Virus record (IMG/VR): IMGVR_UViG_3300032135_000015
Location: 1 to 47,713 of that record
DNA length: 47,713 bases
DNA from: a virus
Taxonomy: Duplodnaviria > Caudoviricetes
Direction: 5' to 3' (one strand)
The translations under genes and the position numbers were made by a program. Of the stretch, positions 37,006 to 45,190 are shown piece by piece (positions within the stretch are counted from its first letter, which is position 1; each line of letters starts with the position of its first letter). The notes under the pieces are model-generated. The model was not told the origin of the DNA, made no database searches, and was given only the letters and a program-made list of their open reading frames with translations.

Positions 37006-37523
37006 TTGTTGAGGCCTTTCAGGTGGGTGATGCGATCGTTGATGTAGTAGGCGGCTTTTTCGAGATCCTGGATCTCTTTCGCCCGCACGGACAGGCCAGC
37101 GTCAGGCTTGAGGCCACAGCGCCACAGGTATTTCATGGCGGCGCCCGTGTCGAGGTCGTGGTGACGGATGATGTCGATGCATTCCACGCCAGATGGATGG
37201 ACGTTGTAGTGCTCGGCCTTGTTGACCACGTCGAACTGGACCAGCTTTACGGCGAGGGCGGCGCCGGCCGAATCGGCAGCCAGGCCAAGCGTGCTGCCAA
37301 GGCCGGCCACCATCTTGAGGTCGTCCGCGTCAACGGCGGGGCGCAAAGGGTGGTGCTGAAGCTTGGACTGGTGCAGGTTCTCACGCTCGCCCTTGTACCA
37401 CTTCACCTGCACGGTGCCCAGATAGACGCTGATTACCGAACCGATCTCCAAAAATTCATTGGGGCTCGCTGCCCCGGTGCGGATTACGACATCGTCTGTC
37501 TTGAAAGTGCTCTGGGTGATCAT
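37002..37523 (-). CDS. DUF3310 protein (T7 gp1.7-like nucleotide kinase family)
   Basis: 'VN...HY....VECID', 'KYLWR.G.K' and 'DLEKA..YI'. Confidence 0.85.
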   Translation of the reverse strand: MITQSTFKTDDVVIRTGAASPNEFLEIGSVISVYLGTVQVKWYKGERENLHQSKLQHHPLRPAVDADDLKMVAGLGSTLGLAADSAGAALAVKLVQFDVVNKAEHYNVHPSGVECIDIIRHHDLDTGAAMKYLWRCGLKPDAGLSVRAKEIQDLEKAAYYINDRITHLKGLNK

Positions 37524-37957
37524 GCGTCGTGTCCGTTCGATCGTTGACTGTCGGCGTCCATCTTGTCCATTGAGGCCAAGGCGATTTCTAGCTGGCGGTC
37601 CCGAGCGGCACGGCCGCCCTGACCTTCCCGCGTGGCGCGCGCGCACCGGTTGCATTCGCCCCTGGCTCCCCACTGCATCGTGCCGGGGGCGTCGGCAGCC
37701 TTGACGCCGGCGGGCCGTATGGGCCGGTCGCAGGTGCGGCAGAAGCGAATGCCGATCGGGCTGGCGCCGGGGTCCGCGGGCTCGCGTCCAGCGCGGCGGT
37801 ACGGGAGTAAAAGCTGAATCGTGTCGTGGAGGGCCTGGCCGATACCTTCCGCGTCAGGGTCGGTGCTGTCCTCCATGCTGGCCAGGGCGGCAGTAGCGTG
37901 GCCGAGGACCGCGCGCGCTCTGGTGAGTTCGGGGGAGGTGCGCTTGCCGACGATCAT
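37520..37957 (-). CDS. Hypothetical zinc-finger protein
   Basis: Two CxxC pairs (CRTC, CNRC). Confidence 0.6.
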   Translation of the reverse strand: MIVGKRTSPELTRARAVLGHATAALASMEDSTDPDAEGIGQALHDTIQLLLPYRRAGREPADPGASPIGIRFCRTCDRPIRPAGVKAADAPGTMQWGARGECNRCARATREGQGGRAARDRQLEIALASMDKMDADSQRSNGHDA

Positions 37958-38139
37958 GCGGCCAGCTCCGCGTGGTTCCATTTACGGTAAACCTGAAGAT
38001 CTCTCGCGTATGCGCTGGCGCGGCGGCCGGTCTGCCCGGAACGGATGATGAACACGTAGCCCTGAATGGCTTCCACCATCCAGTGAACTTTGCCGTGGCA
38101 GTACAGGACGTAATCGCCAACCTCGACTTGGTCTACCAC
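37954..38139 (-). CDS. Small SH3/KOW-like hypothetical protein
   Basis: 'VGDYV' beta pattern, coupled to its neighbours. Confidence 0.55.
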   Translation of the reverse strand: MVDQVEVGDYVLYCHGKVHWMVEAIQGYVFIIRSGQTGRRASAYARDLQVYRKWNHAELAA

Positions 38140-38519
38140 AGGAGCCCATCGAAGGCGGGCGTGCGGGGCGGCATGAGGGTGGGCGGCAGCGACCGGTTGG
38201 TGATGCGGCCTCCGTCCGGCACGGTGACGTTGAGCAGGTTGAACCCGGCGCCGCGGATCATGCGAATCCAGGTGCCTTCCGCGTCGGACAGGTCGCCATC
38301 GGTGGCTGCGTCCGGGAGCGTTTCGAGCGTGACCGAGACGATGTTGTCGGTGCCGTGAGTGCGAATCCAGGCGGCGACGGGGGCGTGTGAACCGCTCGCC
38401 GCCGCCTGAAAGTGTCCGCGCCGGCGGGTGTCAGTGCCCATTGCGGTCTTGCCGACATACTGAATGTGCTTCTCTGGGTGACAGAGGCAAGCGAGCGCAT
38501 AAATTGTGCTCTGAATCAT
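38133..38519 (-). CDS. GIY-YIG nuclease family protein
   Basis: 'TIYAL...YVGKT...R...H', a conserved E helix and 'LLN'. GGAGG RBS. Confidence 0.8.
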   Translation of the reverse strand: MIQSTIYALACLCHPEKHIQYVGKTAMGTDTRRRGHFQAAASGSHAPVAAWIRTHGTDNIVSVTLETLPDAATDGDLSDAEGTWIRMIRGAGFNLLNVTVPDGGRITNRSLPPTLMPPRTPAFDGLLW

Positions 38520-38603
38520 GTTGAACCCCTCCTCCAAGGTTGTTCGGGGTGAACCTCACCCCCGTCACTACAGATTAGCGCACTAAATGCGTGCGGGCTA
38601 CCA

Positions 38604-38834
38604 CTATTCTTCGCGCAACCAGCGAGGAACCCCTGCCGGCGCGAAATTCAGGGCATTTTCGTCCCACAATTCGTCCGCCGCAGCATCTTCCAGCGCCTCA
38701 CGCTCGCCGTGACCGAGCAGAGCAAACGGGAACGGACGGTCAAGGCGCCCGTAAATGCTCTCCGCGCGAGTCTGGATCGCATCATGGTCAAGCATTTTCG
38801 CCTTCGTGGTGCTGATTGGCTTGCTCATGCTCAT
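38604..38834 (-). CDS. Hypothetical protein
   Basis: Member of an ATGA-coupled chain. Confidence 0.6.
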   Translation of the reverse strand: MSMSKPISTTKAKMLDHDAIQTRAESIYGRLDRPFPFALLGHGEREALEDAAADELWDENALNFAPAGVPRWLREE

Positions 38835-39049
38835 TTTCTCCAAACTGACGGTGCGTGATTGGCCTCGACGGCGGCCTTGGTCTCCAGGTCCGGGTAGAGC
38901 CGGACAATGTGCTGGCACGGCGGCTCGCCCAGATCCCAGGACTCGTCATCTTCGGCCTCACTGGTCGGCGTGCCGTCGTGCGTCGCGCACACTGCCGGCC
39001 CGGTCCAACCCTGTTCCTTGCCGAAGGCGATCCACTCCTCGAAGCTCAT
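38831..39049 (-). CDS. Hypothetical protein
   Basis: Coupled ORF with Cys/His motifs (CATHDG, PCQH). Confidence 0.65.
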   Translation of the reverse strand: MSFEEWIAFGKEQGWTGPAVCATHDGTPTSEAEDDESWDLGEPPCQHIVRLYPDLETKAAVEANHAPSVWRK

Positions 39050-39294
39050 TCGTCAATATCCTGCCAGTTAGAGGCGGTGTGCTGTAGCTGGCCGGTTGCC
39101 GTGCGGCCCGCGGTCCTGCCGTAACCGCTCCATCCAACCCAGAGATTGATCTCACGAGTCCGGGCGCCCTTCGCCGCCCCCCTCGTGGCAAAAGGGCCAA
39201 GCGTGATGGCGGAAGCCGGCGTGCCGTCCTCGTTGAGGCGTTCCATGACGACCCGGAACGCCTCGGTAGCGCCTGACGCCATCTCGCGGCTCAC
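39046..39294 (-). CDS. Hypothetical protein
   Basis: Coupled ORF with a 'GPF.T.GAAK' motif. Confidence 0.6.
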   Translation of the reverse strand: MSREMASGATEAFRVVMERLNEDGTPASAITLGPFATRGAAKGARTREINLWVGWSGYGRTAGRTATGQLQHTASNWQDIDE

Positions 39295-39533
39295 TGGAGC
39301 GCCTTCCGGGCGGCCTTGGCAGTCGCGCGCTCGTTCATGCGGCGCAACTTGCGCGCCTCGGTGCCGCTGGTCGGGTCAGACACCTTGCGCTCCCTGCCGT
39401 CCTCGTAGCGTTCGCGCAAACGTTCCATCGCCGCAGTGGCCTCGGTCGCGCTGAGCCCGGCGCGCATCATGGCCGCCTCTGCCCGCTCGACAGCCTCGGC
39501 GATCGTCTCAGTGACCTCTTCGTTGCCGTTCAT
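39291..39533 (-). CDS. Hypothetical protein
   Basis: GGAGG RBS, coupled ORF. Confidence 0.6.
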   Translation of the reverse strand: MNGNEEVTETIAEAVERAEAAMMRAGLSATEATAAMERLRERYEDGRERKVSDPTSGTEARKLRRMNERATAKAARKALQ

Positions 39534-39670
39534 TCTGAAACCTCCCTCACATCCAGGCTGCCGTCAGCCTGGCGGACAATGCGAAAATACTTGCCGGCGG
39601 CGTCCTCGGTGTACCGGCCGATAGCGACCCGCCCGCGCTCGTCGGCCCGGACAATTCCTTCGGGCATCAT
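39530..39670 (-). CDS. Small AbrB/MraZ-like protein (46 aa)
   Basis: Not in the ORF track. MMPEGIVRADERGRVAIGRYTEDAAGKYFRIVRQADGSLDVREVSE. ATGA overlaps at both ends. Confidence 0.75.
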   Translation of the reverse strand: MMPEGIVRADERGRVAIGRYTEDAAGKYFRIVRQADGSLDVREVSE

Positions 39671-40233
39671 GCGCCACTTCCAAAGCGGGCGATGATGTCG
39701 GCGACGTTGTGACTGGCGGCGTATGGAACCGCGAGGTGGGCGTAGAGCGATGCCTCGCGGCTGTCCGTGCGGCCGGCGTCGCTCTCAAACCAGAGCTTCG
39801 TCTTGTCGGCGGGTGCCGGGCATTCGAGCATGTCCACGATTGCGGCCTGAACCCGCGAAGGAGAAGGGCGGGACGACAGCGCGAAGCCGACCGTCTTTTT
39901 GCCGCCGGCAGGGTGGTGGGTGTGGACGCTGTCGATCATCTTCCGCAGGTCGTCAATGTGGATGAGCCCGTTGCCGAGGTTTTTCAGCGTGGCGGCTTCG
40001 GCAATCCGAGCCTTCTCTTTCAGGGCGGCGTCCACGGCCTTGTCGCGGGTGATCGCATCCTGGCGGATCGTTATGGCGTGATCGAGGGCCTTTGCCTCCC
40101 AATACTCGGCGGCGGCCTGCTGCTCGGTCTCGCGCTGGTCTCTCTCGATAAGCCCCGAGAGCAGGGACTCGTTGATGCTGACCATGTTGTCCACTTCGGC
40201 CTTCAGGGCGGCGATGGTGTCGTTCTTGTTCAT
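39667..40233 (-). CDS. Hypothetical coiled-coil protein
   Basis: 188-aa ORF in the operon. Confidence 0.7.
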   Translation of the reverse strand: MNKNDTIAALKAEVDNMVSINESLLSGLIERDQRETEQQAAAEYWEAKALDHAITIRQDAITRDKAVDAALKEKARIAEAATLKNLGNGLIHIDDLRKMIDSVHTHHPAGGKKTVGFALSSRPSPSRVQAAIVDMLECPAPADKTKLWFESDAGRTDSREASLYAHLAVPYAASHNVADIIARFGSGA

Positions 40234-40273
40234 CGTGTGGGGCTCACTCTCTTGGGGGTGTCAATGTTGGTGG

Positions 40274-40630
40274 TCACGCCTGGTCCTTCGCTTTCCAGTA
40301 GTCGGCGATGATGCCGGGGATGTGCCCGCCCAACTCGTCGGTCTCCAGAGAATCGAGGATGTCGCCGAGCACCAGTTCGGCCGGGTGCGGGCCACCTCGC
40401 GGCGCGAGCAGCTTCTGCTCGGTGAGCAACTCGATCTGGTACGCGGCCTGGGCGGCCTCACGGGCGCGCTGCAACAGGATCTCCCGCAGGGAGTCGCGCT
40501 CGTCGGCGTGCAGCTTGAGCGCGTCGAATTCCTTGAGGACTTCGCCGGTGTCATTGTTGCCCCGGCCGTTGAACTGGCCGTCCCGCTGAATCCGGGCGAG
40601 CAGTTCGACTACGTTCTCGCGGGTCATCAT
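40274..40630 (-). CDS. Hypothetical protein
   Basis: Coupled ORF. Confidence 0.65.
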   Translation of the reverse strand: MMTRENVVELLARIQRDGQFNGRGNNDTGEVLKEFDALKLHADERDSLREILLQRAREAAQAAYQIELLTEQKLLAPRGGPHPAELVLGDILDSLETDELGGHIPGIIADYWKAKDQA

Positions 40631-40881
40631 GCGCGCTTCTCGTCGCTGTCGGCCTCAATGGTGCCCTCGAAGGAGAAGGCGGCTTCGAACAAGTCCATGT
40701 TGCTCGGGTACTCCCACGAGATCACGAGGCGGGGCTCGTCCGCGACCAGGGCGCCGATGGTGGCGCTCACGTCGGCGTTGCTGTCGGTGGCGGCCAGGCC
40801 GAGGCGCCCGATCGTTTCGAGCAGCACGCTCGGGTCGACCTCGTTGAGCCATTCGGTCGCGGTCGACCCTGCGGCGCTCAC
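40627..40881 (-). CDS. Hypothetical acidic protein
   Basis: Coupled ORF. Confidence 0.6.
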   Translation of the reverse strand: MSAAGSTATEWLNEVDPSVLLETIGRLGLAATDSNADVSATIGALVADEPRLVISWEYPSNMDLFEAAFSFEGTIEADSDEKRA

Positions 40882-41276
40882 TGCTTGCCTACGGACAGGT
40901 CGAAGTTGGGGATGACGTTCTCAGGCTTGAGGACTACGCGGTGGTGGTACACGCTGGCGTCGACCGTCTTGGTCTGGTGCGCGAACCAGGTCACGTTGTC
41001 GCTGAGGCCCAGGTAGTCTTTCGCGTACTCGTTGGGGCCGATCTTGCAGGTGACCTCCAGTTCAGGCCCGGTTGGCTGGACGGAGCAGCGGCCGATGATT
41101 TCGGCAACGTAGGTGTCGGTGATGCCGTTGTAGAAGACGATCTGGCGCTCCACCTCGAAGTTGTCGGCGGCCTTGCTCAGGTTGTGGGACACCATTGCGG
41201 CGTCGCTGGTGCAGCCGGACAGGAGGGCCGTGGCGGCGATGGCGCCGGCGATGATCGCTGTCTTGCGGCGGCTCAT
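40878..41276 (-). CDS. Lipoprotein
   Basis: Basic N-terminus, hydrophobic stretch and lipobox LSGC. Confidence 0.85.
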   Translation of the reverse strand: MSRRKTAIIAGAIAATALLSGCTSDAAMVSHNLSKAADNFEVERQIVFYNGITDTYVAEIIGRCSVQPTGPELEVTCKIGPNEYAKDYLGLSDNVTWFAHQTKTVDASVYHHRVVLKPENVIPNFDLSVGKQ

Positions 41277-41515
41277 TTGCTGGCCTCGCGGGCGATGGCG
41301 GCGTTGGCCCAGAAGACGACTTCTTCCAGCTTGGTGATGGCGAGCGAGCGTTCGCGGCCGGCCGGGGCGAGGCGGGCGATCTTTTCAGCGAACTCGAATG
41401 CTTCGGAGCGGATGGTCGTGTACTTGGTGGGCTGGCCGGCCTGGACGGGGTGGAACGTGAAACGGTTGATCAGGTCTTGGTGAAAAGCTGCTGCGGGTGT
41501 TTGGTCGTTGTCCAA
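41273..41515 (-). CDS. Acb2/Tad1-like helical-hairpin protein (candidate cyclic-nucleotide sponge)
   Basis: 'NRFTFH...Y..IR...RERSLAITKLEEVVFWANAAIAR'. GGAGG RBS before TTG 41515. Confidence 0.65.
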   Translation of the reverse strand: MDNDQTPAAAFHQDLINRFTFHPVQAGQPTKYTTIRSEAFEFAEKIARLAPAGRERSLAITKLEEVVFWANAAIAREASK

Positions 41516-41598
41516 AATGTCCTCCATGTGTTGAGGGGGCTCCATCCGCCCCCGTTGATACGAGCTTAGCGCATTATGGGCAGAAACCCATGCACATT

Positions 41599-42099
41599 TC
41601 AGGAATTTAGCGCACTAATTATGAGCGAACCGTCTGCTTGACGGGTGATTCGGTAATATGCGCCAGCCGCACCTGAAAGCTCCTGGCCCAAGGAGACCCG
41701 TCCGCGAGAGTCGGCCTTTACAACGTCATGCTCGGCGATCTGGGGCCGCGGTGGACGCTCGGGGGCTCGTGCCTTTCGGCGCCGTTGTCTCGGGCCAGGC
41801 TGCGGGCCGATCATCACAGGGAGCGGTCGGCCGACGTAGTTTTCCGCCAGGACCAGCCATGCCTGTTGGCTTGTAGGGAGACCGCGCTCCACTCGGCCCA
41901 GTCGGGCATTGCACCCCTGACACAGCGCGCCACGAGCGCACTGGCCGCAAGAGAATGGAGAGTCGCAGCACGAGTGGTCGTGGTCGATCTTGAGCCTGGA
42001 GGTGGGCGTGTGGCATATCTCGCAAACGCCGGCATCCCGCCGGGTCGTGAGCCATTCGTCGGTGACGTTGTAGCGGTACTTCAGATGCGGGATGTTCAC
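41599..42099 (-). CDS. Endonuclease VII-family nuclease with a C-terminal AbrB-like domain
   Basis: CEIC...IDHDH...RGALCQGCNARLG, then C-terminal 'KADSRGRVSLG'. Confidence 0.85.
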   Translation of the reverse strand: MNIPHLKYRYNVTDEWLTTRRDAGVCEICHTPTSRLKIDHDHSCCDSPFSCGQCARGALCQGCNARLGRVERGLPTSQQAWLVLAENYVGRPLPVMIGPQPGPRQRRRKARAPERPPRPQIAEHDVVKADSRGRVSLGQELSGAAGAYYRITRQADGSLIISALNS

Positions 42100-42254
42100 G
42101 GCGCGGTCGCAACTCGTTCGAGGATGATCTTTTCGCCGTCGACCGTTACGGAGTAGTAGTCCCACATTTCCACGTCGAATTTTCCAAGCGCCAGGCGTCC
42201 GCGTGAGTCGGCTTTGACGTGGCCAGTGATGAGTTTGTTCGTTGTCGTTGTCAT
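42096..42254 (-). CDS. Small AbrB/MraZ-like protein
   Basis: 'VKADSRGRLALG...Y.VTVDGEKIILE'. TGGTACACT-N6-ATG promoter. Confidence 0.75.
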   Translation of the reverse strand: MTTTTNKLITGHVKADSRGRLALGKFDVEMWDYYSVTVDGEKIILERVATAP

Positions 42255-42889
42255 GTTACGAGTGTACCAACTGTTACAGACGAAACCCACTCTTATTCGG
42301 GACGAATTCGAGAAAAATCTGGGACCACGGGCTCCAGGAGGTCCATAAATGGGCAATAAGGGCCAAAAACCCCAGATCAGGTGGGAAATTTATACGGGTG
42401 GCGGACAGCGCGGAGCTTACCTCACTTCCACGTTCTAACGAGTTGTTTCGCTGTCTGGCGCATGTTTGCCCAGTCCCCCTAAAACTCGTCCAAATTAGCG
42501 CGCTATGCCTTTTGAGCCGTATAAACCGTATCTTTTGACTCGCCTAATCGAACGGTAAATGTTGTAGGTGTGTATACTTGAAACTGTAGCAAGGGGGGCC
42601 CGGGAGGGCCACCTGCACCACCTCGCGAGTGTCAGGCGCGGGCATGGGCGCTACCGTCCGCGTACGATTCGCGAGGGCCCCCGATAAGGTCGGGGGCCAC
42701 GCGCCTAAGGGATATGAAACCTTAGGCGAACACATTACACACCAACGTAGAGCGCATGCGCATAGGGTCACATATGGCCACACATACCCCAAGGGGTCGC
42801 ACGCGCTAGGGTGTCTAACTATCAAGCGTTAGGCACTCACGAAACATTCACCATATCCAATAACACACTATTTTAGATAGGTTGCACTC

Positions 42890-43516
42890 ATGCGCTATGA
42901 CCACGGCACGCACGAACACTACTCATTCGACAACAACAACACTTGCGCTGTCTGTGGCGTGACGTTCGGAACGGTTAGCACTCACGAATTTAGCTCACAC
43001 TCTAATCGCCCGTGGGAATGCCGTATGTGTCACGTCAACCGCACCGAACACAGCACACCGGCCATTGTTGCCCCGGTAGAATCTGCCCCTATCAAATTGC
43101 GCTGGCAAGGTCCGATCAATGCGCCCGCTGTACTGGTGCCCCGTATGCGCCCGTATGAGGTAATCAAGGCCGTAGATTATGACGACTTTTGCCTTGACTC
43201 CCACGGTGGCTATGGCGCATGCGTGCGCGTGACTGGCCACACTGGAGCACATCGAGACCAGCTAGGTTTTGGCTGGACGCGCCCGCTAGCCTCACGCATG
43301 GCCCCGGTACAGGTTGCCCCGGTCTATACTCTCGCATGGGAGAATGGCCTGTCTATGGCTGCCCGCGTGCCCATGTCGGGCCGCTCTGAATCGTTCGCCA
43401 CGATTGATCGGCTCATGCGTAACGCGGATTACCCTGAATCAATCGCCGTAGTGCTCTACTGTGACGGCGTGCCGTACTGGTCGCAGCATGGCACGCGTGT
43501 AATCAACGTCAACTAA
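42890..43516 (+). CDS. Hypothetical Cys/His-rich protein
   Basis: Several CxxC/H motifs. Preceded by GGTTGCACTC. Confidence 0.65.
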   Translation: MRYDHGTHEHYSFDNNNTCAVCGVTFGTVSTHEFSSHSNRPWECRMCHVNRTEHSTPAIVAPVESAPIKLRWQGPINAPAVLVPRMRPYEVIKAVDYDDFCLDSHGGYGACVRVTGHTGAHRDQLGFGWTRPLASRMAPVQVAPVYTLAWENGLSMAARVPMSGRSESFATIDRLMRNADYPESIAVVLYCDGVPYWSQHGTRVINVN

Positions 43517-43528
43517 TACCGCACTAAC

Positions 43529-43585
43529 CGGGCGCGCCTAATCGGGCGCGCCCTAGTACCCCTAAATAGAATGGTTGCAATCATG
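43529..43585 (+). repeat. Intergenic module copy 1 (GGGCGCGCCTAATCGGGCGCGCCC hairpin plus ATAGAAnGGTTGCAnTCATG)
   Basis: Near-identical to 44037-44096. Confidence 0.9.
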
Positions 43586-44020
43586 TCCTATCTCTACGTG
43601 TCCAAGTCCAATGAAACCCTTATAACGATTGAGGGTCTCCCAGAATTCGACTCTACCGAATACCGCGTATTGTGTGACGGTGGACAGGTGGGACCGCTCT
43701 ACAGTTCCACCCGCGACGCCATGACTGGAACACTGGCACTCATTCCCACGGCATGCCCCGTGCGCGATAACCCCGCATGCGCGCTCGATTACTTCCAGTC
43801 GGAAGATTGGGCGTACGCCCTAGGGAATGAGTACGGGCGTAACCAATTGGCCGCGGGTTGCGACTTGGAAGAATACCCCCTAAGCGGTGAATGGACCGGC
43901 GGCATGAGTCCGCGCGACGTATTCGCAGAGGTCGTAGGGCGCGCGCCCGATATGGACACTGAATACGATGACGTGTCCCAGTTCGCCGATAATTGGGACG
44001 ATGGATACCGCGCGGCATAA
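43583..44020 (+). CDS. Hypothetical acidic protein
   Basis: Start directly after the conserved GGTTGCAATC. Asp/Glu-rich. Confidence 0.7.
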   Translation: MSYLYVSKSNETLITIEGLPEFDSTEYRVLCDGGQVGPLYSSTRDAMTGTLALIPTACPVRDNPACALDYFQSEDWAYALGNEYGRNQLAAGCDLEEYPLSGEWTGGMSPRDVFAEVVGRAPDMDTEYDDVSQFADNWDDGYRAA

Positions 44021-44036
44021 CCCCTAAGCGACACCA

Positions 44037-44096
44037 GGGCGCGCCTAATCGGGCGCGCCCCCAATAGCTACACAACATAGAACGGTTGCACTCATG
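44037..44096 (+). repeat. Intergenic module copy 2
   Basis: Identical 24-nt hairpin and the same start-associated sequence. Confidence 0.9.
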
Positions 44097-44408
44097 ACAA
44101 TCACAATCAAAACGAATAACCACGTACGCGAACTAATCGCCTACGCCGATTTGAGCCCCGCAATCGCGGCCGAATTCGACTATCTGGCAGACGATACCGA
44201 AGATCACTACACGCCCCGTTTTTTTGCATACCGGGGCGCATGGCACGACACACACGAATTCGAGCGCAACACTAACGCCATGTTCGATGGTTGGCACGCG
44301 GTACAGACTGAGAGCTATTTTTCTGCCGTACTTATCCGGTACCCCGACACTGTGGACGGCGTGCATACCGACTGGGATTCTGTCGTCGTCGCCTACAGTC
44401 ATTGGTGA
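44094..44408 (+). CDS. Hypothetical protein
   Basis: Aromatic and acidic 104-aa ORF after the conserved start motif. Confidence 0.75.
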   Translation: MTITIKTNNHVRELIAYADLSPAIAAEFDYLADDTEDHYTPRFFAYRGAWHDTHEFERNTNAMFDGWHAVQTESYFSAVLIRYPDTVDGVHTDWDSVVVAYSHW

Positions 44409-44594
44409 TTGTAAACAAGCCATAGCGGGATTCTGGGAACGAAGGAACGGGGCGCGCGTGAACGTGTGTGTGGGTGGCCCCCTAGCCCCCTAAACCCCTA
44501 ATTCCTCCCAGTCACCCCCTAACCCCAAACCGCTCTAAAAGCCTGTCAGAATCGCTTACAGGCCTAGTCCCACCTATCTCTAAGGAATGAAACC

Positions 44595-45086
44595 ATGTCG
44601 TTTACACCTGAAATTCACAAGTCGCACGCCGTTATCTTGCGCGACGGTCTGCCCGTAGCGGTTATCGGGTCCGGTGATTATGACACACTCCAGTGGTTCC
44701 ACAGGAACACTTCACAGTCGATGGATTGGGCCATGAAATACGACGGCTACACAATCGAGTCACGCGCTGCAATGGTCCGCGGGTGGATGAGCTTTCACAC
44801 TATGGCCACGCGCCACGGTTACGGCGTAGCGGGTTCACTTGCACGCCTAGCGGTCGAGATCCAAACTCTCGTCTCTGTCTATGAAAGCAACGCGGACGCC
44901 GCGCCGGGGCAATGGCGCGACTATGTCGCAGAGCCGCACCTAGTAGCCATGCTGGCCGCTTTTGTCGGTCTGCTAGACACTACTGGGAGCACTGGAGCTT
45001 TTGACATTATCAAGGGCGAATTGTCGCAGTGGGCAGAGAATACAGGCCACCGGATCGGCCACACTGGAGACCTTGCGGACGCTTAG
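44595..45086 (+). CDS. Hypothetical protein
   Basis: CTAAGGAATGAAACC RBS module. Confidence 0.75.
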   Translation: MSFTPEIHKSHAVILRDGLPVAVIGSGDYDTLQWFHRNTSQSMDWAMKYDGYTIESRAAMVRGWMSFHTMATRHGYGVAGSLARLAVEIQTLVSVYESNADAAPGQWRDYVAEPHLVAMLAAFVGLLDTTGSTGAFDIIKGELSQWAENTGHRIGHTGDLADA

Positions 45087-45190
45087 CACGATTGCCCCGG
45101 TACGCCTGAATTTGAGGCTATACGGTCACGCGGTACCGGGGCACGCATTAGAGCACTATCGAGCACCACTAACCCCTAAGGATTGAAACC

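Larger units (their letters stand above)
3747..42505. promoter_or_regulatory. Dispersed pseudo-palindromic motif (T)TTAGCGCACTAA(A), operator-like
   Basis: Exact TAGCGCACTA core at 3747-3758(-), 17093-17108, 19993-20006, 20993-21004(-), 27405-27418, 38575-38587 and 41606-41618. Variants at 36697, 41566 and 42495. Confidence 0.8.

Noticed and set aside
43529-44096. CRISPR array
   Set aside because: Only two copies, separated by a whole gene, with no regular spacers and no cas genes.
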